Positions 28,809 through 36,151 of a stretch of 64,000 nucleotides of DNA are shown here, in pieces. Positions within the stretch are counted from its first letter, which is position 1, and each line of letters opens with the position of its first letter. The stretch is from a virus: the IMG/VR virus record IMGVR_UViG_3300025141_011586, positions 1 to 64,000 of that record. One strand, given 5' to 3'. The notes beneath the pieces are model-generated. The model ran no database searches. It was not told the DNA's origin and saw nothing but the letters and a program-made list of their open reading frames with translations. The translations under genes and the position numbers were made by a program.

Positions 28809-31397
28809 ATGCAATATTATCAGGAACTCCTTGAAAGCTTTGATAAGTTAAAGAAGAGGAAGTTCAAGCTTACGATAATGGAGCAAGGGGGCAATGCAGA
28901 AGCTCAGGCTCAAGCTGCGCTGGAGGCGGCGAAGGGTGGCACCCATGATACCCCTGTTGAAATAGGAGCAACCAAGAATGGCAGTCCCATCAGAGGGTAT
29001 GTATCATCGGAGGGAGCTGTGTTGGTTGTGGCTCCCTGGCCAAGAGGCGGAGTAAGGCAGAAGAGGGTAATTGATGCGCCTCCGCCAAATGGGACTGGCC
29101 AAGTAATACCTGACGTGTGGAAAGAGTTTTTAACATTTTTTTCAGGTGATGAAGAGGCTGCTCCTGTTGAGGGTGAGGAGCAGGAGGTCTTTGGTGGAGG
29201 GGCTGCTCCAGGGGATACGATTAGGACTATGTTAGAGTCTGGGAGCCAGAAAATAAGGGATAGGCTTGGTGACTGGTTCCTAGGTATGAATAGATTATCT
29301 GGAAATCTGTTCGATAAGTTAGGGCCTCATAAAGATATTCTAGGGACTATCCCTGGAGGTAGTGCAGAGGGATTTGCAGGGTCCTTTACTGGGGCTGCGG
29401 GGAGATCAGTAGAAAGGCAGCTTGTCAATAGTAAGAGAGTTGTTCGAGATGAGGAGGGCAGGTTATCAAGGCTAGGTGCAATGGACCCAGTAGATCTAGC
29501 GGTTGGAGCTAGTAGGCTTCATAACTTATTATCCAAAGCTAGCTTAGATAAGATATCCGAGTCGGAGGCTCTGGAGTTGAGATCCAATATGGCTTTTAAC
29601 GAAGATGGGTCTGTCTTCCTGAGAACGGGAGGTCCTAATGAGGGCTTGCTGTTCAAAGACAATGGGAGAGCTATAACAGCCGCTATGAGGGTGGCAGAAG
29701 ACAGGGGTAATTTTAAATTTGACGTGCTCCCCTTGAAGGCGGCGACCGCAGGCATATCTTCCTGGAGAGGCAAGAATTTAGAAAGGGTTTCAACTATTCG
29801 AATGCTTGCCAAGAAATGTATTGGTGCTAGAGAGATGGGGATGGAGGTTGAGCACCCCCCTCAACCCGTAGCGTGTGCAGCTCTTCAGAGAGAGGTGGGA
29901 GAGTTTGTAGGGGAAGCTCACAAGTGGAGAGAAGCTCATCAATGGGCCAGAGGTTTTGAGTTAGGTGATTCTGCAATTAGAGCAGAGGACCAAGAGATTC
30001 TTAGATCCATACAGAGCACTGGCATCCAAGGAGAGGGCATAGCTGATATGGTCAGAGGTATCTTCCAGTTGTCCAAGGAGAGTGATGATTTGTTGGATGC
30101 GGATATGATAGTTCCAGTCGGAGCAATCACTGGAGGGGGGAGAAGGGCAGATGTTAATGCTATCTGGGTAGACGATGAAAAGTGTGGCAAGGCGAGAGAT
30201 GGTTTGTTGCGGAAGGGGTTCTCTGAGGAGGACATCGATAATAATCAAATGATACGGAGAATGAGTGCTAAAGAGGCCTTTGAGAATAGCACCGCTCTCA
30301 GGGATGATTTCCTAGCGGTCGAAGGACTGCGTGATGCAAACTCAAAGGTGTGCGTTCACGGAACAGGACTGAAGCACTACGAGCATGGGCTTGGGAATCC
30401 AAAAATTGGAGAACTTGAATTTAATAAGGTAGATGAAGTTCTTGGGGGGGCTATAGATGCGAGTGAACCTCATTGGGCAGAGATGCGAGAACACACCTAT
30501 AGTGAATTGGGTATGGACGAGGTAGCGCAACAGGCAATGTTAGGTGTGCATAAATCGATAAAGGATATTGATGATAGAGTTAGAGATTTGCCTGCGAATG
30601 CGACAGTTTCCGATGAGGAGGGAGGCATCTTAACTACTAATCATAACGCCTTACAGAATTTTGCGAAACGTACGTTAGATGATATTTTAGATAACACCAC
30701 TGTCGGTGAGTTGTTCCCTAAAGGTACCAACGAAGATGATAGTAGGTCTGAGTTATATAGCCAATTAAATACCCTGATGGGAAAGCAAGGCGGGGAAACT
30801 ACATTAGATACTCCCGAAGGTGAAGAGAGAGCACGAGAGCTTATCTCTAGATTCCTAAGACAGCGATATACTATGAAACGAGTAGCGCAGGAGAACGATG
30901 GAGAGAGAAGCGGGGGAGCTGCGACTGATTATCTGGCGGTTAACACTTTCCTAACAGGTGGATCAATTAATAATGGGGACAGTGGGGATTTTAGATCCAT
31001 CGCTGATGGTGAATTGAAATACTTTAGGCATAATGAGGTTCTGGAGGTGGTTAAGGCATTCAGGAACGGGAGGAGCTATAGGGGCATGACAGTCTCTATA
31101 CCTAACACAAACTCATTTACAACGAAGCTTGTTCTTGATGGGAATAAAGATACTTATGTTAGCTTTGGTGCTGAGGGTCAGTCTAGTGAAACGGTAGACG
31201 GAGGCTTCTCTAGGAATACTAGATTCGTTACTCATGCATCTGGAGGTCTATTGAATGAGATTGCAACGCCTAAATCAAGGTCAGCAAGTGTTCCTGAAGA
31301 GGTTAATGCTGATGCTCATGATCCAATAAACAATGTTATTGAAGAGTATCTAGAGAATCAAAGAGATATTCTATATAAGATTCTCGAAGCTAGGTAA
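28809..31397 (+). CDS. Large hypothetical protein
   Basis: 862 aa ORF, Gly/Glu/Ala-rich, no motif recognised. Confidence 0.6.
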   Translation: MQYYQELLESFDKLKKRKFKLTIMEQGGNAEAQAQAALEAAKGGTHDTPVEIGATKNGSPIRGYVSSEGAVLVVAPWPRGGVRQKRVIDAPPPNGTGQVIPDVWKEFLTFFSGDEEAAPVEGEEQEVFGGGAAPGDTIRTMLESGSQKIRDRLGDWFLGMNRLSGNLFDKLGPHKDILGTIPGGSAEGFAGSFTGAAGRSVERQLVNSKRVVRDEEGRLSRLGAMDPVDLAVGASRLHNLLSKASLDKISESEALELRSNMAFNEDGSVFLRTGGPNEGLLFKDNGRAITAAMRVAEDRGNFKFDVLPLKAATAGISSWRGKNLERVSTIRMLAKKCIGAREMGMEVEHPPQPVACAALQREVGEFVGEAHKWREAHQWARGFELGDSAIRAEDQEILRSIQSTGIQGEGIADMVRGIFQLSKESDDLLDADMIVPVGAITGGGRRADVNAIWVDDEKCGKARDGLLRKGFSEEDIDNNQMIRRMSAKEAFENSTALRDDFLAVEGLRDANSKVCVHGTGLKHYEHGLGNPKIGELEFNKVDEVLGGAIDASEPHWAEMREHTYSELGMDEVAQQAMLGVHKSIKDIDDRVRDLPANATVSDEEGGILTTNHNALQNFAKRTLDDILDNTTVGELFPKGTNEDDSRSELYSQLNTLMGKQGGETTLDTPEGEERARELISRFLRQRYTMKRVAQENDGERSGGAATDYLAVNTFLTGGSINNGDSGDFRSIADGELKYFRHNEVLEVVKAFRNGRSYRGMTVSIPNTNSFTTKLVLDGNKDTYVSFGAEGQSSETVDGGFSRNTRFVTHASGGLLNEIATPKSRSASVPEEVNADAHDPINNVIEEYLENQRDILYKILEAR

Positions 31398-31923
31398 ACC
31401 AGAAATCATTATCTAAGTCTAGCAAGTCTTTAAATTTATATATTATATATTTATTAAAGATTAGATGTTTATATTCTTTATTTGAATATAGAGTTATATC
31501 ATCAACAAGTTGATTATTTAATATTGCTAATATCTCATTTCTATCTTGTTGCCATATAATAATAGATGGGACTCCTGCTCTCTGTGAATCTTTTTCACAT
31601 TGTTTTATAAAAGTGTAGAATGCAGACCGATCATTGAACAGGCTGCTCAGGTTCTCTTTGTTGTAACCCTTTTTACACTCGACGATAAACCTAAAGTTTT
31701 TGGGAGTTACTAGATCACCATGAATCTTTAAATATTCAGGGAGAGCATGTGTTGTAGCAAAGGCTCCACTCCCAGGAGTACGGCAGAATTCCTTGGTTTC
31801 AAACCTACTGTTGAGAAATTTACAAATTTTTCTTTCGAAGGATTGCCCTTTAGCCCTGCTGTTGACCCTCTTCTTAGGCTTTAAAGCCTCTAGATCACAA
31901 TTGTCTTTTATTTTTTTCGACAT
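31390..31923 (-). CDS. Holliday junction resolvase-like PD-(D/E)xK nuclease
   Basis: NSRAKGQSFER...RTPGSGA...GDLV...VECK motif; start moved to MSKKIKD (CAT at 31921-31923). Confidence 0.8.
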   Translation of the reverse strand: MSKKIKDNCDLEALKPKKRVNSRAKGQSFERKICKFLNSRFETKEFCRTPGSGAFATTHALPEYLKIHGDLVTPKNFRFIVECKKGYNKENLSSLFNDRSAFYTFIKQCEKDSQRAGVPSIIIWQQDRNEILAILNNQLVDDITLYSNKEYKHLIFNKYIIYKFKDLLDLDNDFWFT

Positions 31924-31939
31924 CAATCTATTATAGCCT
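31924..31939. promoter_or_regulatory. Bidirectional -10 element CTATTATAG between divergent start codons
   Basis: Plus: TATTAT-agcct-ATG(31940). Minus: TATAAT-agattg-ATG(31923). 16-nt gap. Confidence 0.65.
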
Positions 31940-32227
31940 ATGCCAGAGACTGTTAAATTAAATATTGACGGATGGAAAATTCGTCTTGACGAAAGAAGTA
32001 GAGGTCGCATGAAATTTCAAATAAAGTTAAATAAGGAAGAGACAGAAGCTTTCAAAGCTTTTACTGACACTGTAAAGCCTGAGGAGGTTCCTCTTGACGA
32101 TTTTGTGAAGAGTATATTTTTAACAGGCATTGAATCCATGAACAAGAAGTTAGTGGAGATGGTCCAGAAATATGCCGAAGAGCATAAGGACGAGTTTAAT
32201 CCCTCTGGAATAGAAATTGTAGAGTAA
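31940..32227 (+). CDS. Hypothetical protein, possibly ribbon-helix-helix-like
   Basis: 95 aa; MKFQIKLNKEETEAFK strand-helix-helix pattern. Confidence 0.6.
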   Translation: MPETVKLNIDGWKIRLDERSRGRMKFQIKLNKEETEAFKAFTDTVKPEEVPLDDFVKSIFLTGIESMNKKLVEMVQKYAEEHKDEFNPSGIEIVE

Positions 32228-32535
32228 TGGACGAAAATATTATTTTCTTGGACAAGGAGAACCAGATCAATAAGGTCACCCGCGATCAAAAAAAGTCTGG
32301 GGAGAAAGTTAGGATCTTGTTCACATCTATGTGGGACGAGTGGTCATCTAATCTTGTGGAGAAGCTAAAGGGCTATAGAAAACAGGCAAAGTTATATGTG
32401 ATTAATAGCTTTACAATGCCCCATTCTTTTGTTATATTCAAAACAAAGAGAGTGCCCTATCTCATCACATTAAACGGAGATAGAGTGTATAAGGAAGGAT
32501 ATCTACCAAACATTTATAAAGAACTTGGGTGCTGA
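32227..32535 (+). CDS. Thioredoxin-fold protein lacking the CxxC motif
   Basis: ILFTSMWDEWS aligns by eye with VDFWAEWCGPC; KRVPYLITLNG aligns with the cis-Pro RGIPTLLLFKNG segment. Confidence 0.6.
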   Translation: MDENIIFLDKENQINKVTRDQKKSGEKVRILFTSMWDEWSSNLVEKLKGYRKQAKLYVINSFTMPHSFVIFKTKRVPYLITLNGDRVYKEGYLPNIYKELGC

Positions 32536-32867
32536 CCAGTAACCTTCTCGATATAGTTTGATATCTTTTCATTGTATTTTTTGTTTTTTGTGTAGAGAAG
32601 TTTCAGGTTGTTTAGTATAATGGTCGTGAAGAAGTTGAAAGCCTTGCCCTTCTGAGGGTTGAAGTTCTTCAGCGTCTTAAGTATCAAAACAAAACACTCC
32701 TGTTTAGCATCATCCTTATCGACATTGAAGCCGAAAGAGTCTATAATATTGGAAATGAGTTTATCGAACATGCTCATCAGCTCCTCCTCATTGGTTTTCT
32801 TATCCTTGAGGTAAGCTTTGATCAGTTTTTCAAATCTTTTATTATCTACATAATGCTTCTTAACCAT
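32514..32867 (-). CDS. gp55: Late-transcription sigma factor (T4 gp55-like)
   Basis: HYVDNK N-terminus and NFNPQKGKAFNFFTTII region; start moved to MVKKHY (CAT at 32865-32867), 117 aa. Confidence 0.8.
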   Translation of the reverse strand: MVKKHYVDNKRFEKLIKAYLKDKKTNEEELMSMFDKLISNIIDSFGFNVDKDDAKQECFVLILKTLKNFNPQKGKAFNFFTTIILNNLKLLYTKNKKYNEKISNYIEKVTGQHPSSL

Positions 32868-32881
32868 ACCATATAATAGTA
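32868..32881. promoter_or_regulatory. Bidirectional -10 element between sigma factor and polymerase part 1
   Basis: Plus: TATAAT-agta-ATG(32882). Minus: TATTAT-atggt-ATG(32867). 14-nt gap. Confidence 0.65.
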
Positions 32882-33889
32882 ATGTTTGAACTAGAAAGAC
32901 TTTACAGTGGATCCAGCACAACAACCTCCTGTGAAGGTTGCTCTATTCTTAAGAATTCTAGCAAGCCTTTTCACGCTCATATGGATCATGAAGACCTACC
33001 TGCTTCAGATGTTCTCTTCCTCTCCGACTCCTATAAGTGGAACGGATATGAAAAGACAGCGTTCAAAAAGGAAGAGATAGCTCTGTTCCAGGGTGGGCTG
33101 TCAGGATACTCAGGGTTTACATGGACCACATCTCCATCAGTAAAGTGCCCCGCAGTTAAGGAGGCAGATATGTCCCCCTCTAACATGAAGATTTGCAGGG
33201 AGTATCTAACAGATACAATACGCCACGTAAACCCTAGGCTAATCTTTGTTTGTGGCAACCTTGCAATGAAGATGCTAATCAAGAAGAGTGGCATCAGCTC
33301 CAAGCGAGGTAGGTGCTTCATGTATGAGGGCATACCAGTGGTCCCCTTGTTCCACCCACAAACTGTTATCAATGAACCTCGTCATAAGTTCTTATTTGAT
33401 ACGGACATAAAGAATTCAATCGATAAGTATATCCTTAACAAGGAGGTATCACACAGCTTTGATTACAAGGTTATCATGTCTTATGAGGACTTGAATGAGT
33501 TTTGTTCCGAGTTAATAGACACCTCTGAGACAATTGCCTGTGACATTGAGACCACAGGGCTGGACTTCCTGAGGGATAAGATGATGACTATAGCCTTCAG
33601 TCTTAAGGATAAGGGGTGGGTTCTGCCTATTGATCACAAGGAAGTGGAGTGGGAAGATAGTATGAAGGAGAGTATTCTTAGGGCTGTCTCTGAGATCCTA
33701 TCCAACAAGAGGAACAAGAAGGTATTTCACAATGCTAAGTTTGATCTTAAGTTCTTGAAGCAGTATGGTATAAAGGTGGAGAATGTATGGGATACAAAAT
33801 TGATGCATCATCTCATCGATGAGAACACTCCAAAGAGTTTGATGGAGCTAGTGAAGATCTACTTTCCTAAGGAGTTGGAGAGCTTTTAA
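32882..33889 (+). CDS. polA: DNA polymerase family A part 1: UDG family 4-like domain plus N-terminal part of 3'-5' exonuclease (ExoI, ExoII)
   Basis: CEGC, VKCP, CREYL...NPRLIFVCG, FHP (UDG4-like); DIETTGLD (ExoI), HNAKFD (ExoII), DTKLM. Stops before ExoIII. Confidence 0.88.
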   Translation: MFELERLYSGSSTTTSCEGCSILKNSSKPFHAHMDHEDLPASDVLFLSDSYKWNGYEKTAFKKEEIALFQGGLSGYSGFTWTTSPSVKCPAVKEADMSPSNMKICREYLTDTIRHVNPRLIFVCGNLAMKMLIKKSGISSKRGRCFMYEGIPVVPLFHPQTVINEPRHKFLFDTDIKNSIDKYILNKEVSHSFDYKVIMSYEDLNEFCSELIDTSETIACDIETTGLDFLRDKMMTIAFSLKDKGWVLPIDHKEVEWEDSMKESILRAVSEILSNKRNKKVFHNAKFDLKFLKQYGIKVENVWDTKLMHHLIDENTPKSLMELVKIYFPKELESF

Positions 33890-34178
33890 TCCTCAAGACT
33901 CTCACACCCTCACCTGGAGCAGCCTCGCCCGTTTTTGGATCGACTTTGGAAAAACCTGACCAGGGTTGAGCCCCAACCCAAGGCTTTTCAGGATCCATGG
34001 CACGTTCTGTGTGGCGTAATCGCGCAGCCTTAGCTCTGGCCTTCTTCCCAGGCCTCCCTTTGGATGCGGTTGATGCCTTCCCAATATAGCCACTAGAAGA
34101 TGTACGATGTCCTGGGCCACCTCCAGCGGTGATCTCTTTTAGCAGCAGTTCAGTTATTCTCCCGTAAACTTTATTCAT
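33867..34178 (-). CDS. Small basic protein, antisense within the polymerase locus
   Basis: 103 aa; ATGA-coupled to the upstream minus-strand ORF; MNKVYGRITELLLKE leader. Confidence 0.65.
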   Translation of the reverse strand: MNKVYGRITELLLKEITAGGGPGHRTSSSGYIGKASTASKGRPGKKARAKAARLRHTERAMDPEKPWVGAQPWSGFSKVDPKTGEAAPGEGVRVLRIKSSPTP

Positions 34179-34561
34179 TTTTGTCTCGGATGCTCACCAG
34201 CGTCCCACTGTTGTTTAGTTTTCGCCGCTCTCGCTGCTTTCTCGGCCTTCTTCGCTGCTGCCGCCTTCTCTGCTGCCGTCTTCTCTGCTGCCGCCTTCTC
34301 TGCCGCCGCCGCTGCTGCCCTAGCTTTCCCCCCAGGAATTATTCGGGACAATATCCTTTTCCCACGCTCTATTGCTGGATCGAGATTAATGGTAAGCTCA
34401 TATAACACTTCTGCCATTCTTTCATAATTTTTATTCATTTTTACTTCCTTTATCCCGTGCTTTGCTTTAACCTGCATCACACAACGTTCATGCTTCGAGT
34501 CCTTTTTGGGACCTGTGGCTTTATGGCACACAGCCCAGGGATTTACTTTTCTTTTAGCCAT
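34175..34561 (-). CDS. Small basic Ala-rich protein, antisense within the polymerase locus
   Basis: 128 aa; NPWAVC...ERC N-terminal module, internal MNKNYERMAEVLYE, AAEK repeats; purine-rich leader. Confidence 0.7.
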   Translation of the reverse strand: MAKRKVNPWAVCHKATGPKKDSKHERCVMQVKAKHGIKEVKMNKNYERMAEVLYELTINLDPAIERGKRILSRIIPGGKARAAAAAAEKAAAEKTAAEKAAAAKKAEKAARAAKTKQQWDAGEHPRQK

Positions 34562-34577
34562 ACAACTTCTCTTTCCC

Positions 34578-34589
34578 TATTATATACTC
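34578..34589. promoter_or_regulatory. Bidirectional element: leaderless -10 for polymerase part 2 (+) and late-type GTATATAA for the antisense pair (-)
   Basis: Plus: TATTAT-atactc-ATG(34590). Minus: GTATATAA (34587-34580), identical to the 8-mer at 23264. Confidence 0.6.
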
Positions 34590-35069
34590 ATGCTCACTGT
34601 CAACAATCCTAAAAATTTCGACTGGAGTAGTATGTCCTTACATGATTGTGCTAAGGGCAACGCTCTGGATGCTTATTTCACTCTGAAGCTCTTCCATATA
34701 TGCGAGGAGAAGCTACAGGAGTATGGGATGCTAGGATTATACGAAAATCTTATGGCTCCTGCGACAGAGGCATTTAAGGATATGGAGTATGCAGGGTTAG
34801 ATGTGTCTCAAGAAAAGTTGAAGACGGTAGGGAAGGAGTTGTTTGAAAAGAATGTAGATCAAGCTGATTCTCTTTATGCTTTCAAGCAGGTAAATAAGGA
34901 GGACAACCTGTCCTCTAATAACCATTTGATTGAGGTGCTGTATACCAGAGAGGGGGGGTTTAATCTTTATCCCCCTGACAAGACTGCAAAGGGATCTCCC
35001 TCCGTGTCTGCCCCCACGTTGAAGCTATTATTAGAACAAATTGAGAACGAGTTGAGGACCAGGGAATGA
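34590..35069 (+). CDS. polA: DNA polymerase family A part 2: ExoIII helix plus thumb
   Basis: FDWSSM...GNALDAYFTLKL (ExoIII), MEYAGLDV, NLSSNNHLIEVLY, KTAKGSPSVS thumb motifs. Start at MLTVNN, 159 aa. Confidence 0.85.
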   Translation: MLTVNNPKNFDWSSMSLHDCAKGNALDAYFTLKLFHICEEKLQEYGMLGLYENLMAPATEAFKDMEYAGLDVSQEKLKTVGKELFEKNVDQADSLYAFKQVNKEDNLSSNNHLIEVLYTREGGFNLYPPDKTAKGSPSVSAPTLKLLLEQIENELRTRE

Positions 35070-36151
35070 CCAAGTGGAGACACAGAGATGAGAGTAAGAA
35101 GATAAGTAAGTGGAGAGTTTCCGAACTTACTACACCCGCCCTCAAGAGTGCTAGAAATTTTGTGAAACAATTACTCGACCTTCGCAAATCTGAGAAGCTA
35201 TACAAGACGTACATACAGGGGGTCAGGAAGGCCGCTAAATTTAACGGGTGCGACAAGATCTATGTGGACTACAAGCTCGATGGCACCATCACAGGGAGGC
35301 TCTCATGCACAGCCTACACTGCTCAGGAGAGTAAGGGAGTTTCCTTTCACACTTTACCTAGAGAGACAGAGAATAATATCCGTAGCATCTTTGTAGCACC
35401 TGATGGATACAAGTTTATAACCGTGGATTACAGTGCGATGGAACTGCGTGTCCTAGCTCATGTTGCAAAAGAATATAACATGCAGAAAGCTTTCATCGAG
35501 GGGCGAGATCTCCATAGTTATACTGGGAGCCTACTCTTTAACAAGAAAGAGGGGGATGTCACAAAAGAGGAGAGACAGATAGCTAAGACAGTTTCTTTCC
35601 TTATCGTCTATGGGGGAGGAGCTTTTAACCTCGCTGAGACTATGGGCATTCGACTGAAGAGGGCTGAGAAGATCATCGAGGCATACAAGAATGTCTACCC
35701 AGGGATCTTTAAGTATATGGAGTTCATTGAGGCCTTTATCAAGAAGAACGGTTACGCTTATTCAATATTCGGTCGGAGAAGGAATCTCCCTGACGTTGCC
35801 TCTAGGAATCGTACCGTAGCCAACAAGGCTATAAGACAGGGGATTAATTTCACAATCCAAAGCACTGCTTCGGACGTTCTGGTCTGTTCGCTTCTAGGTA
35901 TTGTTGAGAAGTTTAAGCAGAAGGGTATGAAGGCTAGGATTGTTAGTACGGTTCACGATAGTATTGAAGCTATTGCCCCTGCCGATGAGGTAGACGAAGC
36001 TTGTCGTATCATCTATGATGAGATGGTGAACTATCCGTATATTAAAAAGACTTTTGGTATTGATTTTTCTGTCCCGCTAGACATAGAGATTCTAGTGGGA
36101 GAATCTTTCGGAGATGGGGAGGAGATAAAAGTATGCAACGTAGAGCCTTAG
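35066..36151 (+). CDS. polA: DNA polymerase family A part 3: palm and fingers
   Basis: TGRLS, DYSAMELR (motif A), RQIAKTVSFLIVYG (motif B), GRRR, NFTIQSTASD, VHDS (motif C); ATGA overlap with part 2 and GAGGA SD. Confidence 0.93.
   Translation: MTKWRHRDESKKISKWRVSELTTPALKSARNFVKQLLDLRKSEKLYKTYIQGVRKAAKFNGCDKIYVDYKLDGTITGRLSCTAYTAQESKGVSFHTLPRETENNIRSIFVAPDGYKFITVDYSAMELRVLAHVAKEYNMQKAFIEGRDLHSYTGSLLFNKKEGDVTKEERQIAKTVSFLIVYGGGAFNLAETMGIRLKRAEKIIEAYKNVYPGIFKYMEFIEAFIKKNGYAYSIFGRRRNLPDVASRNRTVANKAIRQGINFTIQSTASDVLVCSLLGIVEKFKQKGMKARIVSTVHDSIEAIAPADEVDEACRIIYDEMVNYPYIKKTFGIDFSVPLDIEILVGESFGDGEEIKVCNVEP

Noticed and set aside
28809-31397. Tape measure protein
   Set aside because: Separated from the tube gene by a terminator and lacking the expected helical periodicity; left as hypothetical.
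34181-34405. Cys/Arg-rich plus-strand ORF (CCRLL repeats)
   Set aside because: It is the reverse-strand reading of the AAEK repeats of the minus-strand gene.
33890-34589. Intron, intein or mobile element interrupting polA
   Set aside because: No homing endonuclease, reverse transcriptase or transposase ORF, no intein terminal residues, no terminal repeats noticed, and part 2 has its own start signal. A cryptic ribozyme cannot be fully excluded without a covariance-model search.
34506-34589. ORF-track N-terminal extension of polymerase part 2, and similar extensions at 31924-32010 and 32868-32924
   Set aside because: They overlap the divergent genes head to head and precede recognisable homology; the shorter starts fit the shared -10 spacing.
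35042-35069. Programmed -1 frameshift joining polymerase parts 2 and 3
   Set aside because: The -1 frame has TGA at 35042-35044, the remaining 7-codon window has no slippery heptamer, and a GAGGA SD with ATGA overlap explains coupled re-initiation.
32882-36151. Polymerase as a decaying pseudogene
   Set aside because: Catalytic acidic residues are retained, breaks fall at only two points, and each part has a plausible initiation signal.
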